A stretch of DNA of 18,408 nucleotides from Thermoplasmata archaeon (GTDB lineage: Archaea; Thermoplasmatota; Thermoplasmata; Thermoplasmatales; ARK-15): positions 1-18,408 of the forward strand of contig JBAMMA010000016.1 of the NCBI GenBank assembly GCA_039794005.1. Direction: 5' to 3'. The notes beneath the pieces were generated by a model, which was given only the letters and a program-made list of their open reading frames with translations, did not search any database and was not told the DNA's origin. Position 1 is the stretch's first letter; each line of letters opens with the position of its first letter. Positions 1 through 8,640 of the stretch are shown here, in pieces. Position numbers and translations under genes: made by a program.

Positions 1-12
1 CGGCCCTCCGCA
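1..12 (+). tRNA. Probable 3' end of a tRNA gene cut by the window edge (possibly tRNA-Leu); CCA not encoded
   Basis: GC-rich CGGCCCTCCGCA in very AT-rich DNA fits a T-stem 3' strand (.CGGC), a 7-nt acceptor strand (CCTCCGC) and discriminator A, followed by T-rich tracts. Only 12 nt are visible, so the isotype is a guess. Confidence 0.5.
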
Positions 13-59
13 TTCCCTATTTTTAAAAATGAAGATTTATTTTTTTAATTTTGGAGAAC

Positions 60-70
60 TTTTAAATATA
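60..70 (+). promoter_or_regulatory. Putative archaeal TATA box for ORF 101..844
   Basis: TTTTAAATATA about 30 nt upstream of the ATG at 101, with a purine-rich GGAGAA just upstream. Weak because the background is AT-rich. Confidence 0.3.
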
Positions 71-100
71 AAAATTCACATAATATAATATGGATATTCT

Positions 101-844
101 ATGAATTCATATGATAGAAATGAAGTTTTAAATGCCCTGAGGCAAAAAGTAGGATATGAATTCAATGAGGAGGAATTACCACCAATTATAAGGAGCAAAA
201 TTGGAAAGTTGACGGATAAATGGAATTACATTAAATCTTTAAAATATGAATATGATGATTATGTATATAAATTGAATAATAACAAATATTTATATAAAAT
301 GGAAATAATTTTGTTAATAATAACAATGATTTTCACAATTTATATTGGTTATTTTTCTTTATTGATATATCTGTTTTTTTCGTTTATTTTTGGAATTTTA
401 AACAATAAAGTCATCTATTATTCATTGCTCATTATGTTTTTGATGATAGTTTTCTATTTCATTTTGAATATATATTCAATTTATATCGTATCAATAATTT
501 TTATTATTATATTTATATTTTTATATAAAAGACGAAAATTGGATTATTACAAATTAAATGAACTGAGTCAAAAAATCAAGGATGAGGAAAAGGAATTTTC
601 GTTACAGTTTAATGAAATATCAGATGAAATATTGAAAACACATGAATATGTTTTTGAATCCAAACTGGATACAAAAATAATTGATTATGAAAATATGCCG
701 AAATCAATAACGATAAAATGTTTGAGTTGCGGTGCCCCATTAACTTTTAATCCAAAGGACTATAAATGGGAAAAAGGGTATGTTGTAATTGAATGCCCTT
801 ATTGTGGAACTAAAAATTTAGTTAATAAGGATGCTTTAAAATAA
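101..844 (+). CDS. Hypothetical membrane protein with C-terminal zinc ribbon
   Basis: 247 aa. Long hydrophobic block at about aa 68-142 (about 3-4 TM segments), then a charged helical stretch and CLSC...CPYC (two CxxC). Confidence 0.8.
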   Translation: MNSYDRNEVLNALRQKVGYEFNEEELPPIIRSKIGKLTDKWNYIKSLKYEYDDYVYKLNNNKYLYKMEIILLIITMIFTIYIGYFSLLIYLFFSFIFGILNNKVIYYSLLIMFLMIVFYFILNIYSIYIVSIIFIIIFIFLYKRRKLDYYKLNELSQKIKDEEKEFSLQFNEISDEILKTHEYVFESKLDTKIIDYENMPKSITIKCLSCGAPLTFNPKDYKWEKGYVVIECPYCGTKNLVNKDALK

Positions 845-908
845 ATAATTTAAAATAATACCCAACAGGATTAAAAAAATTTAAAAAAAAGGTATAATTT
901 ATAAGTTT

Positions 909-1604
909 ATGGTAAATGAAAATTTATCAAAGGCAGACAAATTGTACGAAAAGGAAATGTTTGATGAAGCTCTACAGATATATTTGAATGAATTTTCAAA
1001 TTTGAATGATACAGAAAAGATAGAAGTGGCAAAAAGAATTGCAGAATGTTATTTTTACAAAGATCAGCCTGATGTTGACAAAGCTTTGGAATATGAAAAT
1101 TATGTTGTTGAAAACTTGAAGGGTAAGGATTTAATAAGAGAAAAAATATTTTATTCCACATTGCTAGCAGAAAAGGATATCGAAAAGGCAAAATCCATTC
1201 TCTTAGAAATTAAAGATGATGCTGAAAAAAATAATTACGTTGATTTATTACCTGAAATTTATAATTCACTAGGTTTAATGTTCTGGAACACCGATAAGGC
1301 GGAAGACTATTTTATAAAGGCCATGAATTTAGCAAATGATCTAGGAGATTTAGAGAATTACATAACAGCAATTCAAAATCTAGCATATTTAGAGGCTGAA
1401 AAGGGTAATAAAATAAATGCAATGGAATTACTTCAAAAAGCCATAAAAATAATCGATGTTGAAACAGAAAAATTACCAAAATCAAAAAGAAAAAGTTTCA
1501 AGGAATCATACTCGGACCTTTACGATCAAGCCGCAAACCTTGCAATGGATATGGAAGATTTCGATTTGGCCATGGAAATATCTGAAAGGAGTTCTAAATA
1601 TTAA
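909..1604 (+). CDS. Tetratricopeptide-repeat (TPR-like) protein
   Basis: 231 aa, all-helical, with TPR-like patterns (IYNSLGLMFW..AEDYFIKAMNLA; AIQNLAYLEAEKGNKINAMELLQKAIKI). Confidence 0.8.
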   Translation: MVNENLSKADKLYEKEMFDEALQIYLNEFSNLNDTEKIEVAKRIAECYFYKDQPDVDKALEYENYVVENLKGKDLIREKIFYSTLLAEKDIEKAKSILLEIKDDAEKNNYVDLLPEIYNSLGLMFWNTDKAEDYFIKAMNLANDLGDLENYITAIQNLAYLEAEKGNKINAMELLQKAIKIIDVETEKLPKSKRKSFKESYSDLYDQAANLAMDMEDFDLAMEISERSSKY

Positions 1605-2305
1605 AAGAAATTTTCTTTTATTAATTGTACCATTTTTTCTATTACATAATCATTTACCTTTTTCCCAATTTCTTCATTGGCTCCGGTTGGGTCACTCAAT
1701 GTTCCATATGGATAGATGGAAGAATAGTTATCTATGATCATAAATCTGCCCTTTCCGTTGAATTGATATTTAAAATTATTTTTAACTAAATCCGGTCGAA
1801 TTATCATCATCCTTGAGGTCTCTATTAATCCTGCATGAGAATCATTTTCCGGAACCAATTTACCACGCAATTCATATGCCAAATCGTAATCGGATAGAAA
1901 CATTATTTTAACAGCATTTTCCCTTACTATTCTGAGTGCTGCATCCCTTATCGCCGCCATGTGTATGGATCCGGCATGCCCTGAAATAATTAATATTTTG
2001 GTAAATTTCCATTTTATCACGGATTTTAAAATGTCCAAAATCAGGGAATTTAATGTGTTAAATGATACTGTAATGGTACCTTCAAAATCATCCAGATCTG
2101 TATTACCATAATAAATGGGTGGCAGAATCAATGAATCTATCTTTTCTGAAATCTTATTTGCAACAAATATGGCCTGATCGGTATCCGATGATAGGGGTAA
2201 ATGTGGCCCATGCTCTTCAATTGATCCAACCGGTAAAATAACAAGAGTTTTATCGTGATCAATCTTTTTAAAATCCTCATACGTTAAATCCGTCCAGTAA
2301 ACCAT
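1601..2305 (-). CDS. Creatininase / creatinine amidohydrolase family metallohydrolase
   Basis: Family motifs LPVGSIEEHGPHLPLSSD, ISGHAGS and DSHAGLIETS. The substrate cannot be determined from sequence. Confidence 0.92.
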   Translation of the reverse strand: MVYWTDLTYEDFKKIDHDKTLVILPVGSIEEHGPHLPLSSDTDQAIFVANKISEKIDSLILPPIYYGNTDLDDFEGTITVSFNTLNSLILDILKSVIKWKFTKILIISGHAGSIHMAAIRDAALRIVRENAVKIMFLSDYDLAYELRGKLVPENDSHAGLIETSRMMIIRPDLVKNNFKYQFNGKGRFMIIDNYSSIYPYGTLSDPTGANEEIGKKVNDYVIEKMVQLIKENFF

Positions 2306-2389
2306 ATTTCATATTAATTTTAAATAATATAAAAATCTATCTTAGAAACAATAATTAATTTGTAATATATCATACCTTCGTGATTTTGT

Positions 2390-3676
2390 ATGGCATTAGA
2401 AGATGCTTTAAAAATTAGAGAATTGGCAGTACAGCATAACAAATTTTTTGAAGAATCTATACCTCTGATAGCTAGTGAAAATGTAATGTCTCCGATGGCC
2501 AGAGAAATGTTATTAACAGATTTGGGATCCAGATATGCCGAGGGATTACCTGGCAAAAGATATTATCAGGGTAATCAATTCGTGGATCAAATAGAAATTT
2601 TAACCACAGAACTTGCAAAAAAATTGTTCAACACAGATTACGTTGATGTAAGGCCAATATCTGGAACAAATGCCAATCAAGCAGTAGTTTTTGCATTGAC
2701 AAACCCAGGGGATATAATTACAACAATACCACTTGCGAGTGGTGCACATATATCAAGTGCAAAATTTGGAACGGTGGGTTTTAGAGGTTTAAACCCGATT
2801 CCCCTACCATTTGATCATGAAATAATGAACATCGATGTTGACCTGGCTTCAAAAATAATAAAGATTGTAAAACCTAAATTAGCATTATTTGGACAATCCG
2901 TATTCCTCTTCCCAACACCCTTGAAAGAGCTTTCAGATGCTCTTCAGGAGGCCGATTCATTTGTTTGGTATGATGGGGCACATGTACTCGGATTGATAGC
3001 TGGAAAAAGGTTCCAAGATCCACTTAGAGAGGGAGCACACGTTGTCAGTGGAAGTACACATAAAACCCTGCCAGGACCACAGAGAGGTATAATACTGGGA
3101 AATCCAAAGGATGAAGAAATGTGGGAAAAAATACAGAGGGCTGTATTTCCCGGAGTAATTTCTAACCACCACTTGAATACCATGGCAGCATTGGGGATAA
3201 CATTGGCCGAGCATCTGGAATTTGGGGAAGCTTACGCAGATCAGGTAATAAAAAATGCAAAAAGGCTGGCCGAAACAATGCACTCATTGGGATTCAAGGT
3301 CTTGGGTGAAAAAGTAGGTTTTACAAGTAGCCATACGATTTTGATAGATGTAAAAGAATACGGTGGTGGAAGAAGAATAGCTGAAGACCTTGAAAAGGCC
3401 AACATTGTTTTAAACATGAATCTTTTGCCTTACGATGATCAGTCCAAACCCAGGAATCCGAGCGGTATCAGGATAGGAACACAAGAAGTAACAAGAATTG
3501 GAATGAAGGAAAGTGAAATGGATTATATAGCCGAATTGATCAAAAAGGTTGCCATTGATAAGAAGAAACCGGAGGATGTCAGAAAGGATGTTGTGGAATT
3601 CAAAAAGAACTTCAAAACTGTTAAATACTGCTTCCATGACAACTTTGAGGCATATAAATACATTAAATTGATTTAA
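2390..3676 (+). CDS. glyA: Serine hydroxymethyltransferase (archaeal type)
   Basis: LIASEN, YAEGLPGKRYYQG, YDGAHVLGLIAG, PLP-lysine motif STHKTLPGPQRG, PSGIRIGT. Confidence 0.98.
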   Translation: MALEDALKIRELAVQHNKFFEESIPLIASENVMSPMAREMLLTDLGSRYAEGLPGKRYYQGNQFVDQIEILTTELAKKLFNTDYVDVRPISGTNANQAVVFALTNPGDIITTIPLASGAHISSAKFGTVGFRGLNPIPLPFDHEIMNIDVDLASKIIKIVKPKLALFGQSVFLFPTPLKELSDALQEADSFVWYDGAHVLGLIAGKRFQDPLREGAHVVSGSTHKTLPGPQRGIILGNPKDEEMWEKIQRAVFPGVISNHHLNTMAALGITLAEHLEFGEAYADQVIKNAKRLAETMHSLGFKVLGEKVGFTSSHTILIDVKEYGGGRRIAEDLEKANIVLNMNLLPYDDQSKPRNPSGIRIGTQEVTRIGMKESEMDYIAELIKKVAIDKKKPEDVRKDVVEFKKNFKTVKYCFHDNFEAYKYIKLI

Positions 3677-3730
3677 ATCTTTATTTTTTTAAGAAAAATT
3701 TATTCATTTTTTGATATTTTGGATAAATAT

Positions 3731-4351
3731 ATGAAAATTGCACCTTCCATTGTTTCAGCAGACCTGACATGTTTGAGGGATGTCATTTACATCCTGGAAA
3801 AAAGTGGTATAGACTTTTACCATGTTGATGTGATGGATGGGCATTTTGTACCTAATTTAACCGTAGGACCAGATTTCATAAAAAATTTAAGAAAATTAAC
3901 AGATTTGCCGATCGAAGCGCACCTTATGATAACAAATCCAGAAAAGTATGCAAATAGATTTATAGAATCTGGAGCAGACATGATTACACTGCATGCAGAA
4001 GTCAGTTCATCAAAGGAAGTATTGAAAAATTTAAGAAATGTAAAAAGGGGAATTGCAATTAATCCCTCAACTCCCGCAGACGTAATAAAAGATTATGATG
4101 ATATTGTGGATTATGTTTTAATAATGTCTGTTAATCCAGGATTTTCAGGCCAAAAGTTTATGCATGAAGTAATTCCAAAATTAAAATCAATCAGGGAAAT
4201 TATGAATAGAAATATTGATGTTTCAATAGACGGAGGAATTAACGCTGATACCATAAAATTTGTAAAGGATTATGTGGACATAGTTTGTGCTGCCTCGGGA
4301 ATATTCAACGGAAATATTGAGGAAAATATAAAAAAATTAAAACAGTATTAA
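3731..4351 (+). CDS. rpe: Ribulose-phosphate 3-epimerase
   Basis: IAPSIVSAD, HVDVMDGHFVPNLTVGP, EAHLMI, MSVNPGFSGQKF, IDGGIN. ATG at 3731 (MKIAPS) preferred over the track's TTG at 3719. Confidence 0.96.
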   Translation: MKIAPSIVSADLTCLRDVIYILEKSGIDFYHVDVMDGHFVPNLTVGPDFIKNLRKLTDLPIEAHLMITNPEKYANRFIESGADMITLHAEVSSSKEVLKNLRNVKRGIAINPSTPADVIKDYDDIVDYVLIMSVNPGFSGQKFMHEVIPKLKSIREIMNRNIDVSIDGGINADTIKFVKDYVDIVCAASGIFNGNIEENIKKLKQY

Positions 4352-7113
4352 TCCCATGATAATGGGACGTTGCATTTTGGACAGAATGGCTCCTGATTCA
4401 TCAACTCCGTGTCACACATTGGACAAAAACTCTTTTCATCGCTCTTAATTATGTGAAACATCTTTACATTGCTGAGGTAATCTTTTACTACCTTGATCTT
4501 ATTTATTGATATTCCAGTCTTATCAGATATTTCTTTCATATCTGCGTTTTTGATGTCATCTATTGTCCTATATCCCATGTTAAATAATCTTTCAGCATCC
4601 TGAATGGTCAAGGATGGCAACTTTGAGAGCGCCTTTATTTTATATTTTGCGAAGAGAGGGGTGATTCCAATCTCTATATCTCCTTCCATAATATCATCGA
4701 ATGTCCTCACCAAACTTTCTATTATTTGATCCGAAAAATATATCTCTGCTACCTTTAAATCTTTTAAAAATTGATCCTTCCTTTTGTCTATAATATTCTT
4801 CAAATACATTGAATTTGTCAAACTAACCCTTATTATGTCGTCGTATTCGACATTCAACTGGTATTTCATGAAGGCAATTCTCCTCGATAATTTTTTAAAT
4901 ATTCTCTCTTCCTCCAGGATATCATCATCGTTCATATCAATATAAAATTTGAATTCACCAAATTCAAAATAATAATAGCCTTCCGGCAATTGATATTCAA
5001 ACTTTACCATTGATGGGGTTATAGTGATTAAGTGACCTTCTACTCCAACATTATATCCATGTGTTTCAATCTCATTTTTAATCTTTTTTGCATCCAATTT
5101 GGACAATATCAATTCCAGAGTATTTGCAAGCGGTTTGTAAATCTCACCTATTTTATCCCTGTTCAGAATGATCTTGTACTCCTTTCCTTTCCATGAATCG
5201 GTAATTTCAATATCAAGGGTATTTAAATATCTTTTAAGGTGCACCTTCATTCCGACTAATATTGGGTTGTATTTAATAGGTGCCTCAATTATTATTTTCT
5301 TTAAAGGTTTTGAATATTCCCACTCGTTCTTTCTCTTTAACTTTTTTATCTCTAAATCAAATTTGAATATTAAATCTATTAAATTTTCCAGTGCCTCGTT
5401 AACCATGTATTTTCCTCTTTCTATTCTACTTATATCAAATAATTCATTTTTTGATAGATATTCAATAATTGTATTGGGAAAGAATGGATATGATATGGAT
5501 ATAAATTCCTGCATCACATCCTTGTTGATGAGATCATTCCTTATCAATTTAATATACTTTTTTGAAAATTCCTCAACAAAATTGTAATAGTCTTTTACTA
5601 TGTTTAGAATATTAAAATTCTCATAATTTTCAAACATTGATTTCTTCAGCTTTTCAGCTTTTGACAATATCCATTCATCAATTATGTTTAAATTTTTTCT
5701 TACACCATATATATTTACCATTCTAAAAACGTTATCTATGTAGCTCCTTATCTTATCGGCTTTATCTATATCCGCTTCATTTATGCTTCCTGACTTTTTT
5801 GAAGCGCTTGCAATTCTAAATAATTCAGGATCTGTTTCCATTATGTTTATTTTGTCTGAAGATACGTAATTGATATACAGGTCTTCAATATAATTTATTT
5901 TTGTGGCAGAAATAAAATTTATTAGCAGAGATATTGTCTTTATTTTTTTATGGTCTATTTTTATTTTATTTTTGATTGAATTTGAAAATGCATATATTCC
6001 AACTGGCAATATGTTTGGATCATAAGAATACTTTAAAACCATCTTTCCTCCGCATTGACATTCCTTTTCCTCCTTTCCGAATTCTATCCTTCCACATTTT
6101 TCACATTCCAGTATCGGAAGCCTGGGATAATTTTTAAATTCCTTGGATATCATTATTGATTTTTTGTGTATATTTTTTTCAATGCTCTTGGGATGTATTC
6201 TTACATTCAATTGCTCGACTGTTAAAAATATTGCATTATGCCTTTTTTTCCTGACCTTTTTATCGCAGTAGTTGCATTTCGGAATCTTTCCGACAATGTC
6301 ATCATGATCTATAATCTCTATTTCTAGCTTCTGATCTTTATTAACATATTTTTCATCATCGGGATTGACATCCGATGACAGTATTCTTGTCTGTACATTT
6401 GATTGTATATAGGGTTTAAAAATCTTAAAATAACCCTGAATGTCCATTCCCATCTTTTCTTCATATTTTGCAGGAAATATTACCTTCTTTTCTATTAATT
6501 TATTATAGGTATTCCTTTCAATGATCCAGATTTCATTTCCTTCATTTTGAATGTAAAATATGTCGTAAGAATTAATTGACAAACCCTGAGCCGATAAAAC
6601 CACATCCTCTGGACCATAAAAAATAAAAAATATATTGTTATCTATTTTTATCTTTGCATATAAAATTTTATTTTCACCTATATCATAATGAATATCCTGC
6701 TTTGATAATGATGTCTTGCAAAAATCACAGTAATATTTAGGGCTGCCATCCACATATATTTTTCCTGCATTAAATAGATTGTTAATAATAATATCAAGTT
6801 GCGATACTGATTTTGGGTCTGATGATATTAAAGAAACGCCATTTGTTATATTCTTCATAAGATTTTTAATCTGAATATAATTGACTTGGGTCTTTTTAAT
6901 TGCGGTAGGTGGTAAGGCTATTATTGGAATTATAAGACCTCCCTCTGATAATGTTGTTCCGGATGACATTATCTGTTTTTTATTTGGATTTTTAAATAAA
7001 ATCTCCCCTAATCTATTATACAAATCTGAATATGAAATAGACATTAGCATTTGATTATCGGGTGGAAGCTCTATTGGAGATGTTCCACCTATTGTTTTCC
7101 TTTCACTCATCAT
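4348..7113 (-). CDS. Degenerate isoleucyl-tRNA synthetase paralog (predicted catalytically inactive) fused to C-terminal HhH and zinc ribbon
   Basis: Collinear IleRS-like segments: LFNAGKIY..YCDFCKTSLSKQDIHY, PKCNYC, ISK..PRLPILECEKCG, CQCGGKM, IDEWILSK..FSKKYIKLIR, LSRRIAFMKYQLNVEYDDIIRV. No HIGH or KMSKS. Tail is LSKLPSLT..AERLFNMGYRTIDDIKNAD then CPMC..CPKC. Confidence 0.8.
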   Translation of the reverse strand: MMSERKTIGGTSPIELPPDNQMLMSISYSDLYNRLGEILFKNPNKKQIMSSGTTLSEGGLIIPIIALPPTAIKKTQVNYIQIKNLMKNITNGVSLISSDPKSVSQLDIIINNLFNAGKIYVDGSPKYYCDFCKTSLSKQDIHYDIGENKILYAKIKIDNNIFFIFYGPEDVVLSAQGLSINSYDIFYIQNEGNEIWIIERNTYNKLIEKKVIFPAKYEEKMGMDIQGYFKIFKPYIQSNVQTRILSSDVNPDDEKYVNKDQKLEIEIIDHDDIVGKIPKCNYCDKKVRKKRHNAIFLTVEQLNVRIHPKSIEKNIHKKSIMISKEFKNYPRLPILECEKCGRIEFGKEEKECQCGGKMVLKYSYDPNILPVGIYAFSNSIKNKIKIDHKKIKTISLLINFISATKINYIEDLYINYVSSDKINIMETDPELFRIASASKKSGSINEADIDKADKIRSYIDNVFRMVNIYGVRKNLNIIDEWILSKAEKLKKSMFENYENFNILNIVKDYYNFVEEFSKKYIKLIRNDLINKDVMQEFISISYPFFPNTIIEYLSKNELFDISRIERGKYMVNEALENLIDLIFKFDLEIKKLKRKNEWEYSKPLKKIIIEAPIKYNPILVGMKVHLKRYLNTLDIEITDSWKGKEYKIILNRDKIGEIYKPLANTLELILSKLDAKKIKNEIETHGYNVGVEGHLITITPSMVKFEYQLPEGYYYFEFGEFKFYIDMNDDDILEEERIFKKLSRRIAFMKYQLNVEYDDIIRVSLTNSMYLKNIIDKRKDQFLKDLKVAEIYFSDQIIESLVRTFDDIMEGDIEIGITPLFAKYKIKALSKLPSLTIQDAERLFNMGYRTIDDIKNADMKEISDKTGISINKIKVVKDYLSNVKMFHIIKSDEKSFCPMCDTELMNQEPFCPKCNVPLSWD

Positions 7114-7186
7114 TTTGTTTTTAAATCGATATATTTCATTATAAATTTATCTATTTTGAGGTTTTTAATTAAATTAAATTTAAAGA

Positions 7187-8593
7187 TTATTCATTTTTGA
7201 CATATTTTTTCATGACCTCCGGTATTAAATCTATCAATTCGCTTGTGTAATAAAAGTTTGAATACTTCTCAAATGCTGCTAATCCTGCACTTCCAACTAT
7301 AAACGATCCCATGCAGGCTGCATGATAGGGATCTATATTTCTTGCCATTAAACCTGCAATGACGCCGGTTAATACATCACCTGTTCCACCCCTTGTCATT
7401 GATGCATGGTGGAATACTTTGTTCTTTTTTATCCTATCACCATCTGTTATAATGTCAATACTGCCTTTTACCAGAATCGTTACATTTAATTTTGATGCTC
7501 TATTTTTAACGTTCTCTTCATTCGGTTCCTCACCAAATATCCCTTTAAATTCACCTCTATGTGGTGTCAAAACACCTAGATTTTTAAAATTGATATCTTT
7601 TATTGCGCTTAAGGCGTCCGCATCCACAACTACTTTCCTTTTATTTTCTATTGCAAAATTGACGATTTCTCTTACCGTATTAAGAACATCCTCATTTTTT
7701 GAAATTCCGGGACCTATTGCCAGGGTTACATTTCTTTCCTTCAACATATCTTTCATTTCGTGGGTTAATTCGATGAATTCATTTCCTCCATTTCTCAATA
7801 TCATATCATGGAAATTGGAACCCAGAATTGAATGTATAGACTTTGGAGAAAATAGATATACAAGATCTACACCCATTCTAGCAGCAGATTTTGATACATA
7901 GATGGGTGCACCATAGTAATGTATACTTCCCGCAACTACCATCACGATTCCATTCATTCCCTTATGGGATTCCCTTTCATTCATTTTATAGAGAATCAGT
8001 TCACCGGGGCCTACAGATTCTATAACTTCCTTTGGAAATCCTACATCAACAACGATTATTTTTCCACAGCAATTCTCATCCATTCCCTTTTTTAAAAATT
8101 GCATTGTAACTGTGATGGTCGGTTTAATTCTTATCTTTGATGGAAAACCGCTTGGAACATCAACGGAAATTACAAATTTATTTGATTCATTCACCTTTTG
8201 AATTACACTCTTGTATGGCTCCTTCGGCTCATTTTTGATTCCTATTCCCAGCATTGCGTCTATTATTAATTCATATTCATTTAGGGATAATTCACTGTCT
8301 ACCTGAACACCACTATCTATGGATTCTTTGTATTTTTTAATACACAGTTCTGAGGAGGGAGGTTGTACAGGAAAAACGTGAACATCAATTCCTCTGAGTT
8401 TTAATTCCCTTGCTGCAACATATCCATCTCCGCCATTATTACCTGATCCACATAATGCCAATACCCTTTTTGGTTTATAATTTAAAACTTCATTAGCAAC
8501 GGCCCTTCCAGCATTTTCCATCAAATTTTCCATATTGACATTGAAAAATTCAGCATTTTTGTCCAGTATCCTTGAATCATCGATATCGTACAT
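7187..8593 (-). CDS. nnr: Bifunctional NAD(P)HX epimerase/dehydratase (NnrE-NnrD, YjeF)
   Basis: LMENAGRAVA, GSGNNGGDG, SVDVPSG (epimerase domain); HKGMNG..AGS..YGAP, VVDADAL, VLTPHRGEF, MTRGGTGDVLTG (dehydratase domain). Confidence 0.96.
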   Translation of the reverse strand: MYDIDDSRILDKNAEFFNVNMENLMENAGRAVANEVLNYKPKRVLALCGSGNNGGDGYVAARELKLRGIDVHVFPVQPPSSELCIKKYKESIDSGVQVDSELSLNEYELIIDAMLGIGIKNEPKEPYKSVIQKVNESNKFVISVDVPSGFPSKIRIKPTITVTMQFLKKGMDENCCGKIIVVDVGFPKEVIESVGPGELILYKMNERESHKGMNGIVMVVAGSIHYYGAPIYVSKSAARMGVDLVYLFSPKSIHSILGSNFHDMILRNGGNEFIELTHEMKDMLKERNVTLAIGPGISKNEDVLNTVREIVNFAIENKRKVVVDADALSAIKDINFKNLGVLTPHRGEFKGIFGEEPNEENVKNRASKLNVTILVKGSIDIITDGDRIKKNKVFHHASMTRGGTGDVLTGVIAGLMARNIDPYHAACMGSFIVGSAGLAAFEKYSNFYYTSELIDLIPEVMKKYVKNE

Positions 8594-8640
8594 AATGAAG
8601 ATATGGAAAATGGATATAATATTTTATGTTAATAAAAATT

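Noticed and set aside
1601-4351. 4-nt stop-codon overlaps of convergent genes (1601-1604 and 4348-4351)
   Set aside because: TTAA overlaps are routine in compact AT-rich genomes.
4348-7113. Calling the 921-aa ORF either the functional ileS or a pseudogene
   Set aside because: Catalytic motifs are not recognisable, so it is unlikely to be a working IleRS. The frame is intact over 2.7 kb with conserved Zn ligands, so it does not look like a decayed pseudogene.
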